A stretch of 64,000 nucleotides of DNA from Herbinix sp. (GCA_028691795.1 JAQUYQ010000001.1:106699-170698), one strand, 5' to 3'. Positions 19,925 to 30,636 are shown, numbered from the stretch's first letter. Notes: a model not told the origin generated them from the letters alone. Numbers and translations are program-made.

Positions 19925-21358
19925 TTATTTACTCTTATCCATTTCTATTACTTTTAAACATCTTTTCTTAAATAACGGTAAACGTTTCTTATACATCTTA
20001 ACAACTCTATCGAATCCTTTATCCACTAATTCAATATAGAACGAGTTTGTATTAGCATCGATCATTCTAAGACGACCCGATATTTGTTTACCCATTACTC
20101 CAGAACTATAAGGTTCTGTGTTTATACAAAATCTTATATTGGAAATATCTACTCCAGTACCAGCAGATTTTGGAGTAGAGCTGATAATATCATAAGTGTC
20201 CATTATTTTTTGTTTCTCTTCTTCGGGAATTGTACTATTTACAACTCCGATCAATTTATCTGGAAATACACTCTTAAGATATTCAGCTATCTTGTTAGAT
20301 GAATCTATTTTAGACGATAATATTAAGGTTCTTCCATCTTGTTTATTAAAGAAATTCAATAAATCTACTATAGCAATCATCAACGAATCCTTCTTCATCT
20401 GATAATCTATATAGAAATTTTTATCAAATCCTTTATAACCCAGAACCTTTACTCTATCATCATTGCTTGGATTTGAATTAAATAAATAACCAACGAAAAC
20501 AATATGCTTTCTTTTGTTGACTATCTCAGAGCTTCCATATTTAATAACATTCTTAAGACAGAATAAATATAATGCATTCTCTTTAAAATCGCTACGTTCT
20601 AATGTAGCGGTTAAATATATTGTCTTGTACACATTTGAAAACATATCGGTTGTAATGATATTACCAAAATTTAAATGGGCTTCATCATATACTTTAATAC
20701 CAATTCGAATCTTTTCAAAGAACTTTTCTAATTCTTCGGCTCCCTCGGAAGAAACAAAAGAATTGATTGTTTGATGATTTATGAAAAATACCTTATAAGG
20801 AATATTTCTCATATTCATTAACTTTCTCATTTTTGATGAAGAATCAATATCACAAATAAAATCATCATGAAGATCGGTGAATTTGAGAAATGAATCCATC
20901 CACTGTCTTTTGATCTTATCTAAATGAGTAATGATCATAGATTTACACTTATAAAAACTAAGCGCCGCTATGGTGCAATATGTCTTACCATCGCCAGTAT
21001 CAAGATTAAGAGCAATCTGAGATAGTCTACTCGTATCTCTATTCTTATCAGAGCCTAATAGATAATTAATAGCTCTTTCTTGAATCTTATCTTTTGGTGG
21101 AACGGTAAGATTAAAAACTGCTTTATCATATTGAGAATATGAATTCTCGAATTGTAATTCATTGATATTTCTATTAATAGTTCCAACATCAATTCCTCGT
21201 GGAACTCTTAGTTCTTTAGTTTGTTCATTGTACCTCATCCCTCTATATTCAACTCTGAAATAGACATCATTAAATAGTGATAGTTTCTTTTCGAGTCTTG
21301 GGTTATCCCCCATATTATAATCAGGAATGATGATACTGGTTTGTCTTACTTGTATCAT
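19925..21358 (-). CDS. Superfamily 2 helicase (UvsW-like)
   Basis: TGDGKT (Walker A), DEAH, TAT, GTGVDI, QISGRLR. Confidence 0.9.
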   Translation of the reverse strand: MIQVRQTSIIIPDYNMGDNPRLEKKLSLFNDVYFRVEYRGMRYNEQTKELRVPRGIDVGTINRNINELQFENSYSQYDKAVFNLTVPPKDKIQERAINYLLGSDKNRDTSRLSQIALNLDTGDGKTYCTIAALSFYKCKSMIITHLDKIKRQWMDSFLKFTDLHDDFICDIDSSSKMRKLMNMRNIPYKVFFINHQTINSFVSSEGAEELEKFFEKIRIGIKVYDEAHLNFGNIITTDMFSNVYKTIYLTATLERSDFKENALYLFCLKNVIKYGSSEIVNKRKHIVFVGYLFNSNPSNDDRVKVLGYKGFDKNFYIDYQMKKDSLMIAIVDLLNFFNKQDGRTLILSSKIDSSNKIAEYLKSVFPDKLIGVVNSTIPEEEKQKIMDTYDIISSTPKSAGTGVDISNIRFCINTEPYSSGVMGKQISGRLRMIDANTNSFYIELVDKGFDRVVKMYKKRLPLFKKRCLKVIEMDKSK

Positions 21359-21425
21359 ACAATTCTCACTTCCTTTATAGTAATTATAATAATGTCGGAA
21401 CAGATCTAATTTTTAATTAAAAAAT

Positions 21426-21465
21426 AAAATCCCGGTGTATACGTTTTATGTATACACCGGGATTA
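21426..21465. terminator. Terminator
   Basis: AATCCCGGTGTATAC/GTATACACCGGGATT. Confidence 0.7.
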
Positions 21466-21470
21466 TTAAG

Positions 21471-23444
21471 TTATTTAAACATTTCATCCAAATAACTTGT
21501 TCCATCCTTTAAATATGTCAAAGGATTCATAATCTGTCTCTTCAGATCCTGTGTAGATAAACCAATTGTTACCGATTTATTTCTTACAAGAGCATTAAGA
21601 ACTGTTAATATCTGATACTGGGACTCTGGTCCATACTCTGTGAAGTTAGGAAATTCTAAAATATTAGATTTAGACCTAATAAGAACCCTTATCAAAACTT
21701 CAGCATGTACTGAGAGCAGATCAATACCAGATTCCAACATAAGATCTAGTAATTTGCTACACATTTCGGATATAGTTTTACATCCTTCGTGCTCAACTCT
21801 ATTCAATAGAGCCATAATTGAATATAATGGTTTTGTTAATTCGTTATTGGTAACTTCGAATAAGAATATAATCATATCCTCATCGATATTAGTCAACATC
21901 GTCGCATTACGCTCTTTATTCTTTTTATCAACTGTCGTAATAAGTTTAAAGAAGTCTTCCGAAATGATTAACTTAGTATCTGCAACTTCCCTCATTCGAA
22001 AAGTCTCATTTGTTTTAACATTCACTAAATCAAAATAATGAGTTGCGTAACTTACGCCCTGCCCCTCATATTCTTCATCGGGAGTTAATGATGTCATCGG
22101 AAGAACGATCTTCCAATTATCTATATCATCTTTTAACTCATCGTTTAAAACAATCTCATCTCCCTTAACACTAAAGAAATTATAGAATTCATCATTGAAT
22201 TTAATCTCTTGTGAGTTTGTCTTAAGAAGATGCTTTGTTGACAAGATATCCTGAGATAATTTCTTTGTTGTTTTGGTAGCTCCATATCCACCTATATTAA
22301 TATTCTTATTGATATCAGCCATCTTACCATAGCAGGTATTACAAATGCCATTTTTCGATGCACATGTAGCCGGGGATCGTACATAAATGATTTTTCCGAT
22401 CAAATCAAACTCATCACCACGGAGTACACTATAGGGGGTATTTAATATAGTTGTATAATATCTACCTTTGAATCTTGCGAGGATCTTTTTATCTTTCACA
22501 AGAATCTTTATAGGATGAACACTCCCACAGTCATCTATCGATGGGTTGAGAGTCACTGTCGTTGCCAACATGTTTAACATTCTCGAGAAATGCCCACTGA
22601 GACCCATAACGGTTTTATTCATGATGACAGATTTACGACCAGCGAGTCCATCGATATAATAATGGATTAAGTTTGTCAATCCACCATATATAAAATTGCT
22701 ATTAATAACGATCGGTATCGTGTTACCATAGAGATCTGGTTTAAGTCCTCCAGATATTCCGAACTCTGCCAACTGATCAATCTTGATACCTCCCCCAGAA
22801 GCAATCAGGGGTTTTATCATATTATCCTGATCATCATTCATTATGATTGAAACGTATTCATTTTTCAAATCGAGGAGATATTTTTCAACTTCCACTGGTT
22901 GGAGATCATCGGGAATAGATATTTTGGTTATTTCATCGAATCTCGGATAACGCTCTCCAAGATCAATAAAAGTTTCAACATTTAGTGACATTGCCATTAT
23001 AGTGGAGAAATCAGATCCGATTTTAGACAACGCGAATATCAACTCACTTAAAGCCTTATTAGACTTTTTAATAGAAATATTCCCTCTAAAGGGTATAATA
23101 ATCTTATTGTCTATATAGCTTTTTATGTTATTCTTTGTCAATCGAGTACAATCAACGATATATGAATCATCGAATTCATTGATACCCTGAAAATCGATTA
23201 TTGGTTTCCAAAGTATCATATTGGTGATTAAATGTCTGATTTCCATAAGCATCGTTTCAGAATGCGATGTTGTTTTAAATTTGATAAGAAATTCTCTTAT
23301 CTCTTTATTTTCGAAACCACGTTTAAGATAATCATATAAACGACTAAAGACTTTATTATACTCCTTTTCATCGTACATGAGTTCTTGTATGACGATGTCT
23401 TCTTTCGCCATATTTTCTTTTAATTTTGCAAAAATGTCTCCCAT
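21471..23444 (-). CDS. Non-virion RNA polymerase beta' C-terminal subunit (AR9 gp154-like)
   Basis: KPDLYG, GRKS..SGHFSR (bridge helix), DDCGS, RSPATC..GICNTCYG zinc site, LSTKH (trigger loop). Confidence 0.85.
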   Translation of the reverse strand: MGDIFAKLKENMAKEDIVIQELMYDEKEYNKVFSRLYDYLKRGFENKEIREFLIKFKTTSHSETMLMEIRHLITNMILWKPIIDFQGINEFDDSYIVDCTRLTKNNIKSYIDNKIIIPFRGNISIKKSNKALSELIFALSKIGSDFSTIMAMSLNVETFIDLGERYPRFDEITKISIPDDLQPVEVEKYLLDLKNEYVSIIMNDDQDNMIKPLIASGGGIKIDQLAEFGISGGLKPDLYGNTIPIVINSNFIYGGLTNLIHYYIDGLAGRKSVIMNKTVMGLSGHFSRMLNMLATTVTLNPSIDDCGSVHPIKILVKDKKILARFKGRYYTTILNTPYSVLRGDEFDLIGKIIYVRSPATCASKNGICNTCYGKMADINKNINIGGYGATKTTKKLSQDILSTKHLLKTNSQEIKFNDEFYNFFSVKGDEIVLNDELKDDIDNWKIVLPMTSLTPDEEYEGQGVSYATHYFDLVNVKTNETFRMREVADTKLIISEDFFKLITTVDKKNKERNATMLTNIDEDMIIFLFEVTNNELTKPLYSIMALLNRVEHEGCKTISEMCSKLLDLMLESGIDLLSVHAEVLIRVLIRSKSNILEFPNFTEYGPESQYQILTVLNALVRNKSVTIGLSTQDLKRQIMNPLTYLKDGTSYLDEMFK

Positions 23445-23475
23445 ACTATCCTCTCCTTATCTTTTCCTAAAGAGT

Positions 23476-23509
23476 TATAAATGTGTTATTATCTTTATTA
23501 TAATATATA
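23476..23509 (-). promoter_or_regulatory. Tandem early (23500-23509) and late (23476-23487) promoters of the nvRNAP subunit
   Basis: TATATATTAT and AACAcatttaTA. Confidence 0.55.
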
Positions 23510-23573
23510 TTTTCAAGGAATGACAAAAAACTATGGTGTCAGTAACTTATTAATGTTACTGACACCATAAAAT

Positions 23574-24068
23574 TTATTTCTTTGTGGATTCGGCTTCTTT
23601 TTTACCAACCTTATTAAGAACTTTCTCAATAGTTTTGGAGGCAGCATTTACACCGGCTTTAGCGATGGTCTTAACCTTCGATTTCTTAAGATTCTTAACC
23701 ATAATCTTAGCCCGACGAGTAGCTTCAGCCTGGTATTTCTTTTCGATCTTAGCTTCAAGAAAACGCTCCATCTTCCAAACTTTCACAAGCTTTTTATAAA
23801 GAGGATCTTTTTTCTCCTTAGCAACAGTGAACAAGGCGGATTTGAATGCTCGATTCAGCTTTGCACTCTTATCCAAACGGACAATGGTTTTCTCGGTAAC
23901 GATCTGCTCATTGATAGCAGCCTCAACAAGAGAAGCATCATTCACGAACATGTCAATCTCATCGGCAGACAAAGATTCCATAAGAATAGCACTCGTAATG
24001 AGACCTGCACTCTCCAATGAAATATCTTCATTCATGTTATCTTCCAATGCATCTTTTTTAAATAGCAT
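23574..24068 (-). CDS. Virion internal protein with basic C-terminus
   Basis: SLES/LMES/LVEA motifs; late promoter at 24097-24108. Confidence 0.55.
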   Translation of the reverse strand: MLFKKDALEDNMNEDISLESAGLITSAILMESLSADEIDMFVNDASLVEAAINEQIVTEKTIVRLDKSAKLNRAFKSALFTVAKEKKDPLYKKLVKVWKMERFLEAKIEKKYQAEATRRAKIMVKNLKKSKVKTIAKAGVNAASKTIEKVLNKVGKKEAESTKK

Positions 24069-24142
24069 AGTTAAATCGTCCTTTCCTATTTATTTTTACT
24101 ACAATGTTTATATTATAAAAGCGTACCTTAGGGGAACTCGAT

Positions 24143-24152
24143 TATATATTAT
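24143..24152 (+). promoter_or_regulatory. Early promoter TATATATTAT
   Basis: Precedes the three-paralogue operon. Confidence 0.6.
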
Positions 24153-24204
24153 ATAAATGTAATAATATGATTATTGAATAATAATTAATAAAGGAGGACT
24201 AAAA

Positions 24205-24996
24205 ATGTATAATGTTGATTTTAAACCTATACTTGAAACCATCAACGAATTCACCAATGACCAAAAAGAGGTGATATTTAAAGCTATTGTCGACGGGGTC
24301 GATCCGACCCCTTTCTATGATCCCACGATATCATCTCGTCAAATGGAGCACACAGCGAAAAATATCCTATATCACCAAATTCCCACCAATACAAAGAATG
24401 AAGAGGTGGTGGAAATGGTTTGGAACTCATTGGATAAGGGGATCGATATTCGCAAATTTATAACACCGGATATGACTCCCAGGTTCGTGGATATCATCAT
24501 TTCCTGTGTAAAGCGGAATATTGATCCTTCACCAATGATCGGCGCGAATATCAGCTCGATCGTTATCCGATATATCGCGGATTATATACACCTAATCCCA
24601 GATGTCTCAATTTGGGTTCGGAGTAAAACGGTCGAAACTGAATCAGGAGTTTATAAAGAAGGATTCAGTGAGCCTCAGTTGAAAAAGCTTCTGGATGCGG
24701 TATATGAAAAGGTCGACGTATCAATAATAGCAAATCCAGAAATGACTGTTGGCCAAATGAGTGTTTTAATTAAACACCTTAAGGCCGGTAAAGACATTTC
24801 GATTATCAATGATCCATCGATTCCTCCCAAGAAAATGGAGATAATAATGTCTCTAAATCTCCATGGTATCCGACTAACTGAAAAAGAGTATTCGGATTTA
24901 TGGGAGGATTATATCCGCGACGATTCGTTTGACCAATCGTTTGTGAAATGGGTTATTAAAGAATATAATAAAGAGAAGGAGAATGAAAATGCCTAA
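24205..24996 (+). CDS. Helical-repeat protein, paralogue 1
   Basis: G(V/I)D(P/I)xx...QM repeat units; AAGGAGG SD. Confidence 0.7.
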   Translation: MYNVDFKPILETINEFTNDQKEVIFKAIVDGVDPTPFYDPTISSRQMEHTAKNILYHQIPTNTKNEEVVEMVWNSLDKGIDIRKFITPDMTPRFVDIIISCVKRNIDPSPMIGANISSIVIRYIADYIHLIPDVSIWVRSKTVETESGVYKEGFSEPQLKKLLDAVYEKVDVSIIANPEMTVGQMSVLIKHLKAGKDISIINDPSIPPKKMEIIMSLNLHGIRLTEKEYSDLWEDYIRDDSFDQSFVKWVIKEYNKEKENENA

Positions 24997-25777
24997 AGAA
25001 GAATGGAGAGAGATGTTTTATTACCTCATTGACAACTTCTCAAGGGAGCAGTTGGAGGTTATTTTGAGTTGCATTGAGCGGCGCATGAATCCCTATGATA
25101 TCATCGACCCTCGGATGTCGTGGGAGAAGATGTGCAAAATCCGGGATTCAAAACACGAACGGGCAAGGGTTATTCATGATCTCAAAAAGAAAACTTCAGC
25201 CGAAGTGATCGAGAAAGTTCAGAATTATACCACCAAGCAATTGAATGTTATCACAGCGGCGTCAAATCTTAATATCGATATATCAACATATATTGATGAA
25301 TACAGCTCTCCAGAGTTAATGGTCTTCTATGCCAAATTGATCCACAACGGTATCGATCCTGATACCCTTAAGGGTGTTCCAATTGATATTCAAAATAATG
25401 AAGTTATCGATTATGCAATCGCCAATAAGCTCGATTTTTCGAAAATCTTTACCGGTTATCGTGATCGTCATTCGCGGCTCAAAACTCGTATTGAAGCCCT
25501 TAAATACGGAATCGATATTCAGAAGTACGATAACCGGGACGAGGTCAGCGATGAACAACTCAGAGAAATCTATCTCGGGCTGAAAGCCGGAATCGACGTT
25601 TCTATCTTTGACAACCCGAAGAAATTTTCAGCGATTCAGATGCATGAACTCCGGCTTGCGATCACCAAGAATCTTGATCTTACATTATTACTCGAGGCCG
25701 ATGATTGGAGTATCAAAATCCGTCGGAGAAAATTAATGGCGGAAAAGAACGCAGGGATTAATAAGGGGGATAAATAA
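24983..25777 (+). CDS. Helical-repeat protein, paralogue 2
   Basis: QLREIYLGLKAGIDVSIFDNPKKFSAIQMHELRL unit. Confidence 0.7.
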   Translation: MKMPKEEWREMFYYLIDNFSREQLEVILSCIERRMNPYDIIDPRMSWEKMCKIRDSKHERARVIHDLKKKTSAEVIEKVQNYTTKQLNVITAASNLNIDISTYIDEYSSPELMVFYAKLIHNGIDPDTLKGVPIDIQNNEVIDYAIANKLDFSKIFTGYRDRHSRLKTRIEALKYGIDIQKYDNRDEVSDEQLREIYLGLKAGIDVSIFDNPKKFSAIQMHELRLAITKNLDLTLLLEADDWSIKIRRRKLMAEKNAGINKGDK

Positions 25778-25778
25778 C

Positions 25779-26633
25779 ATGAAAATCGATTTTTCGGAAA
25801 TCACTAAGCAGCTAAAAAAGTTCACCAAACAACAGAGAAAGTGCATCCTCGATGCTATTGAGGATGGAATTGATCCCACTCCTTTTGCGGACACTAAATT
25901 CACCTCGGATCAAATGGATGAAATCAGATGGGGAATTGAATCCAAAGTCGATATTGGCAAATACTCAAAAGCAAAATTCGACAGCGATACAATGGTAACG
26001 ATTCGAGAGGCTCTTGGGCGTGGAGTCGATGTTACCCCTTATATAAAGGGAAACCCCGATTGGAAGAATATTCATATGTATGCCCTCATGCTCGAAAATG
26101 GTAAAGATCCGACCCCATTTGTAAAGAGCGATTTTGACTTTACCGATGCTGTATTTGATGAATGTGAGGATGCTATCAAGGAAGGTCTGGATTTAAGTCC
26201 ATTTTCTTTAGTGAGCGAACTCGATCTCGAGCAATTCTGGATCGCAATTGAAGGAATTCGCCTCGGTCTCGATATTCGGCCGATGATGAATGATGGTTTT
26301 GTTGAGTGGGATATGTTGGAAATACTCAAAGGTCTCAAAGACGGCCTCGATGTCTCCGTCTATGCAGATCCCCATTTTAACTCCGATCAGATGGAGGAAA
26401 TGCGCCTCTGGCTTAAATATGGTTTAGATCTGAGCCCCCATCTTGAAAAACTCCGTAGATATGATGATGAAGAATTCATCAATATTGATGTTTTCGGCGA
26501 ATTGAAAGAAGAACGGCTCCGGCAGATGGCTGAAAAAGGGATCGTTGCCGTGACAGAAGAGCCCGAGGAGCCTGAACCGGTTATTCCCATTAAGGTGAAA
26601 AAGTCCAAAAAAAAGAAAAAGAAAAAGAAGTAG
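25779..26633 (+). CDS. Helical-repeat protein, paralogue 3, with poly-Lys tail
   Basis: GLKDGLDVSVYADPHFNSDQMEEMRL unit; ends KKSKKKKKKKK. Confidence 0.7.
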   Translation: MKIDFSEITKQLKKFTKQQRKCILDAIEDGIDPTPFADTKFTSDQMDEIRWGIESKVDIGKYSKAKFDSDTMVTIREALGRGVDVTPYIKGNPDWKNIHMYALMLENGKDPTPFVKSDFDFTDAVFDECEDAIKEGLDLSPFSLVSELDLEQFWIAIEGIRLGLDIRPMMNDGFVEWDMLEILKGLKDGLDVSVYADPHFNSDQMEEMRLWLKYGLDLSPHLEKLRRYDDEEFINIDVFGELKEERLRQMAEKGIVAVTEEPEEPEPVIPIKVKKSKKKKKKKK

Positions 26634-26645
26634 GAGGAGAGCATT

Positions 26646-26804
26646 ATGAAGATCGAGAGTGTTCTCGATTTAACGGATGAGGAGATGATGACCATTTTAA
26701 AAATCGTCGTCGAATCCCAATCGAGAGCGATAACCCCACCCGATTCTTCCGTTAAAAGGACTCGGGTGGTACTCACTCTTTCAACAACAATCGTTGCTAA
26801 GTAG
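26646..26804 (+). CDS. Small hypothetical protein (52 aa, not in the ORF track)
   Basis: AGGAGGAG SD; MKIESVLDLTDEEMM... Confidence 0.55.
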   Translation: MKIESVLDLTDEEMMTILKIVVESQSRAITPPDSSVKRTRVVLTLSTTIVAK

Positions 26805-26807
26805 TTA

Positions 26808-26845
26808 AAATAAAGGGTGGGTTTTTATTCCCACCCTTTATTTTT
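26808..26845 (+). terminator. Intrinsic terminator
   Basis: AATAAAGGGTGGG/CCCACCCTTTATT followed by a T-tract. Confidence 0.75.
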
Positions 26846-26858
26846 TTATCCCTCTTTT

Positions 26859-26893
26859 AACATTTTCATATAGTATAAATAGTTATATATTAT
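26859..26893 (+). promoter_or_regulatory. Late (26859-26870) and early (26884-26893) promoters of the DNA polymerase operon
   Basis: AACAttttcaTA and TATATATTAT. Confidence 0.55.
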
Positions 26894-26917
26894 ACTAATA
26901 GAAAAGGAGGTATTATT

Positions 26918-28867
26918 ATGGACAATACATCTTATTTTTACGACAAATGGTCTAAGGAACAGACTAAAAGATTGATGTTAAGATTTCCCGACATCGATAA
27001 ATCAGAGATTGAAGAGCTTGTTAAAAATTCATATGAAGAAAGACTAGACGACGGAGAAGTCGTATTAGTAAATAATTATATCAATAGATCATTTAAAATG
27101 ACTATGTTAACCCTGATACACTTTATCGAAGAAAAGAAACCGATAATGGGTGGATACGGAGTTCTGTATCGAAATCAGAACGAGGTTAAAAATCCCACCA
27201 CAGTAGTTATTCGAAAATTTCTTGATTCGAGAGCTGCTTATAAAAAGGAATTAGAATTATATAAGGAAGATTCTTATGAGTATAAAAACTCAGACCGAAT
27301 GCAATTAAATGAGAAAGTTAACGTTAACTCATTATATGGCGCAATCGGCACAATGGCCTTCTTCCTCTTTAATTTATTTGTAGCAGGTTCTGTTACTGCA
27401 ACTGGACAGGCATTGATATCGACAATGCTTACAACCTATGAAAACTTTTTATCTGGTACGGTGCGACTTAATAACATCGATGATGTATATCAATTCATCA
27501 GAAATGTTGAGAGAGATTATAAATCTATGGAGCACAAACTTGATAAATTCATCGAAGATGTTTCTGTTGACGATGTTTTCAATAAAATTAGAACGGCTAT
27601 GAGTTTTAATAGTTACGATTCTATGAATGAAGTATTAAATATACTTTATAATCTTGACCAGGGATTATTAAACCTATTATATTACAAAAACAATATCTAT
27701 GAGTTTATCAAGATACCCAAGATTACCAAGTTGATTGAAAAGATCATCATAGAGACTGAATCATTTAAAGATCCAAATAAAATACCCCCAGAGGCTAAAG
27801 ATGACATCGATGATCTTTGGAAATATATTGAAAAATATGTGTTCTATAATTATCTTGTTTTCGATAAAATTCAAAGAGCAAAAACGGATTCAAGAAATGT
27901 AGTAGTTGTCACCGATACTGACTCTACTATGTTAAATTTAGGCCCCTGGTATGATTTTGTTAACGATAATATAGTCGAAAACAATCCCGAGTTATTAAAT
28001 CAGAGGGGAAGAGAGCAGGAATATATTATATTGAATTTAATGTGTTCCATTCTCACCCGAGTATCTAAGAGTATATTAACTCATTATTGTAAAGTGAATA
28101 ATATACTTGAAGATTATAGGCATATGATTAATGCTAAGAATGAATTCCTCTTTAGTATTATGATACTTGCACAAACAAAGAAAAGATATATATCTTCTGT
28201 CCGTTTAAGAGAAGGTAGAGAATTCACAAAAGAAAAACTTGATATTAAGGGTCACGATTTTATTAAATCTTCTACAACCCCCCAGACAAAAAAATATTTT
28301 GAAGATATAATAAAAGAAGAGCTCATCGGTAAAGAAGATATTAATCCTCATCAAATATTAAAGAAAGCGATGTTGTTCGACAGACTTATTAAGGAATCTT
28401 TGATGGCTGGTGAAAAGGACTTCTTAGTCCCTAAATCGGTTAAAGAGTTTTCTGCATATAAGCCGGATCAACTTTATAAGGAACAAGGCGTCAGAGCTAT
28501 ATTGGCATGGGATGCTGTGTATCCTGATTTAGAATTTGAATTGCCTGCTAAATTTTATGTGGTTAAGACCAGAATGGAAACCCTGGATAAAATAGAACCA
28601 CTAAAATTAACCGAGCCCAAAATATATGAAGCTCTCAAAAAAGGTATATTTGAAAACTCTAATGAGAAAATTTCCTCGAAGGGTGTTACTGTTATAGCAA
28701 TACCTCGAAATGTGGAAAAGATTCCTAGTTGGATTATTCCTTATATAGATTATGATACGATGATTTCTGATAATATCAATAAATCTTTGTCATTATTAAC
28801 TATATTCAGTTTTCAAACAATATCAACAAGTAGAAATAAATATATTTCAAATATTATATCGATCTAA
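26918..28867 (+). CDS. Family B DNA polymerase catalytic subunit (split phiKZ/AR9 type)
   Basis: EKVNVNSLYG (motif B), TATGQ, TDTDS (motif C), KKRY, IKG; no N-terminal exonuclease domain recognised. Confidence 0.85.
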   Translation: MDNTSYFYDKWSKEQTKRLMLRFPDIDKSEIEELVKNSYEERLDDGEVVLVNNYINRSFKMTMLTLIHFIEEKKPIMGGYGVLYRNQNEVKNPTTVVIRKFLDSRAAYKKELELYKEDSYEYKNSDRMQLNEKVNVNSLYGAIGTMAFFLFNLFVAGSVTATGQALISTMLTTYENFLSGTVRLNNIDDVYQFIRNVERDYKSMEHKLDKFIEDVSVDDVFNKIRTAMSFNSYDSMNEVLNILYNLDQGLLNLLYYKNNIYEFIKIPKITKLIEKIIIETESFKDPNKIPPEAKDDIDDLWKYIEKYVFYNYLVFDKIQRAKTDSRNVVVVTDTDSTMLNLGPWYDFVNDNIVENNPELLNQRGREQEYIILNLMCSILTRVSKSILTHYCKVNNILEDYRHMINAKNEFLFSIMILAQTKKRYISSVRLREGREFTKEKLDIKGHDFIKSSTTPQTKKYFEDIIKEELIGKEDINPHQILKKAMLFDRLIKESLMAGEKDFLVPKSVKEFSAYKPDQLYKEQGVRAILAWDAVYPDLEFELPAKFYVVKTRMETLDKIEPLKLTEPKIYEALKKGIFENSNEKISSKGVTVIAIPRNVEKIPSWIIPYIDYDTMISDNINKSLSLLTIFSFQTISTSRNKYISNIISI

Positions 28868-28880
28868 GGAGAAAATAATT

Positions 28881-29348
28881 ATGATTAATATTTATACAGA
28901 TGGTTCATGTCTTGGAAACCCCGGTCCTGGTGGCTGGGGTTATGTTATTAAAACAACGGAGGATGATTCGTTGTTCTTGGATATGCAGGGCTCTGGATTT
29001 TCATCTCAAACAACAAACAATCGAATGGAACTTACAGCATTAATAAGTGCACTTGAAGCTTTACAAGAAATAACCCCAGTTAAAAATTTGAATGTGACCG
29101 TAACATCCGATTCTCGATATGTCTTAGACGGTATTCAAAAAGGTTGGGCTAAGAATTGGAGAATTCGGAATTGGATTAAGAGCGATGGAAAGAAAGCACT
29201 CAATGATGATCTGTGGGGAACACTCTTAGATCTAACAGAACAATATAAAATTAAGTATATCTGGATTAGGGGTCATAATGGACATCCAGAGAATGAAATA
29301 TGTGATTCTTTAGCCAGAGGAGCAGCAGAAAGGCAGAGACCGTTATGA
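28881..29348 (+). CDS. rnhA: Ribonuclease HI
   Basis: YTDGSCLGNPGPGGWG, TTNNRMEL, DSRYV, WIRGHNGHPENEICD. Confidence 0.95.
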   Translation: MINIYTDGSCLGNPGPGGWGYVIKTTEDDSLFLDMQGSGFSSQTTNNRMELTALISALEALQEITPVKNLNVTVTSDSRYVLDGIQKGWAKNWRIRNWIKSDGKKALNDDLWGTLLDLTEQYKIKYIWIRGHNGHPENEICDSLARGAAERQRPL

Positions 29349-29465
29349 ATAAATATCGTGGTTTTTCTGGCTTTATTAAATTTGTCGAATAGTTCAATGA
29401 CAAAGAATTATATCAATATCAGAAAATTATTCTGAAATCGTTTTATAAGAAACGAGGTATGCTAA

Positions 29466-30479
29466 ATGGCAGAGTTAAAATCCGATCTAATGGAGAAACT
29501 CCTATCAATTCCTAAGGCTAAGAAGATAAGTAATAAAGAAATAGCATTAAGATGCCCTTTCTGTGGAGATAGTCGAAGAGATCCTAATAAGACAAGATTT
29601 TACATTAACATCGACACAGAGAACAATAAACCAATATTATATTACTGCTTCAATTGTCCAGCTCATGGAATATTAACCCCAGATGTTCTCCGTTTATTAG
29701 AACTATCTGATTTATCTTTAAACGGGGAACTTCTACGCTATAATAAGAATTCCAATAAAGGATCTAGAATATCCGGTAAAAGATATCAAAAAAATATCCG
29801 AGTACCAAAATATTCTATAAGTGAAAAATCGCAAAAGAAATGCGATTATATCAATTCACGTCTAGGTTTAAATTATAATGTTGACTATTGGACTAAGTTT
29901 AAAATTATCTTTGACTTAGAAGAATTCATGAAGCTTAATAAGAAAATCGAATTTGGTTTCAATGACAGAGAGAAATGGATATTAGATAACTACTATGTCA
30001 TGTTTATAACATCGAAGAATGACTATTTAATATCTCGTAATATCACTGATAAAGGTCAACGATATAAGAAAACCCCGATCTTCAAAAACAACGATAACTC
30101 CTTTAAGTTTTATTCTATCCCAAATCAAATTGATATTCTCACCACTAACACCATTAATATTAATATAGCAGAAGGTACTTTTGATATTCTTGGCGTCTTC
30201 CATAATGTAAGAAACAGAGAAGTAAAAGATAATATATATGTCTCTGTAACCGGATCAGGATATAAGTCTGTTATTTATTATATACTCAGTGAAGGAATCG
30301 TAAATAACGTTTCTCTAAATATATATTCTGATAGTGATAAGGATGTTAATTATTATAAAGAGCAATTAAAAGATTATTTAATCTGGTTTCAATCGGTCAA
30401 AGTAATCTATAATACTCTTTATAAAGATTTTGGAGTTCCAAAGGATATGATAAATCAAAGGGAGGTTATAATAAAGTAA
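29466..30479 (+). CDS. DNA primase (T4 gp61/DnaG-like)
   Basis: RCPFCGDS...YYCFNC zinc ribbon; TOPRIM AEGTFD and YSDSD. Confidence 0.85.
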   Translation: MAELKSDLMEKLLSIPKAKKISNKEIALRCPFCGDSRRDPNKTRFYINIDTENNKPILYYCFNCPAHGILTPDVLRLLELSDLSLNGELLRYNKNSNKGSRISGKRYQKNIRVPKYSISEKSQKKCDYINSRLGLNYNVDYWTKFKIIFDLEEFMKLNKKIEFGFNDREKWILDNYYVMFITSKNDYLISRNITDKGQRYKKTPIFKNNDNSFKFYSIPNQIDILTTNTININIAEGTFDILGVFHNVRNREVKDNIYVSVTGSGYKSVIYYILSEGIVNNVSLNIYSDSDKDVNYYKEQLKDYLIWFQSVKVIYNTLYKDFGVPKDMINQREVIIK

Positions 30480-30507
30480 CCTCCGGACGTTTAAGGAGGA
30501 CTTTAAA

Positions 30508-30636
30508 ATGGACGTTGAAATCAGAAGAGTTTTGGGTCATTATGAAGCCTATGACAAACAAGGGAATTTTTTATGCTCGGGAGATACCCCAAAAGAATGT
30601 ATCGATGAAATCGAGAAGGATAGCGATGAGATTTAG
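30508..30636 (+). CDS. Small hypothetical protein (42 aa, not in the ORF track)
   Basis: AAGGAGG SD; MDVEIRRVLGHYEAYDKQGNFLCSGDT... Confidence 0.55.
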   Translation: MDVEIRRVLGHYEAYDKQGNFLCSGDTPKECIDEIEKDSDEI

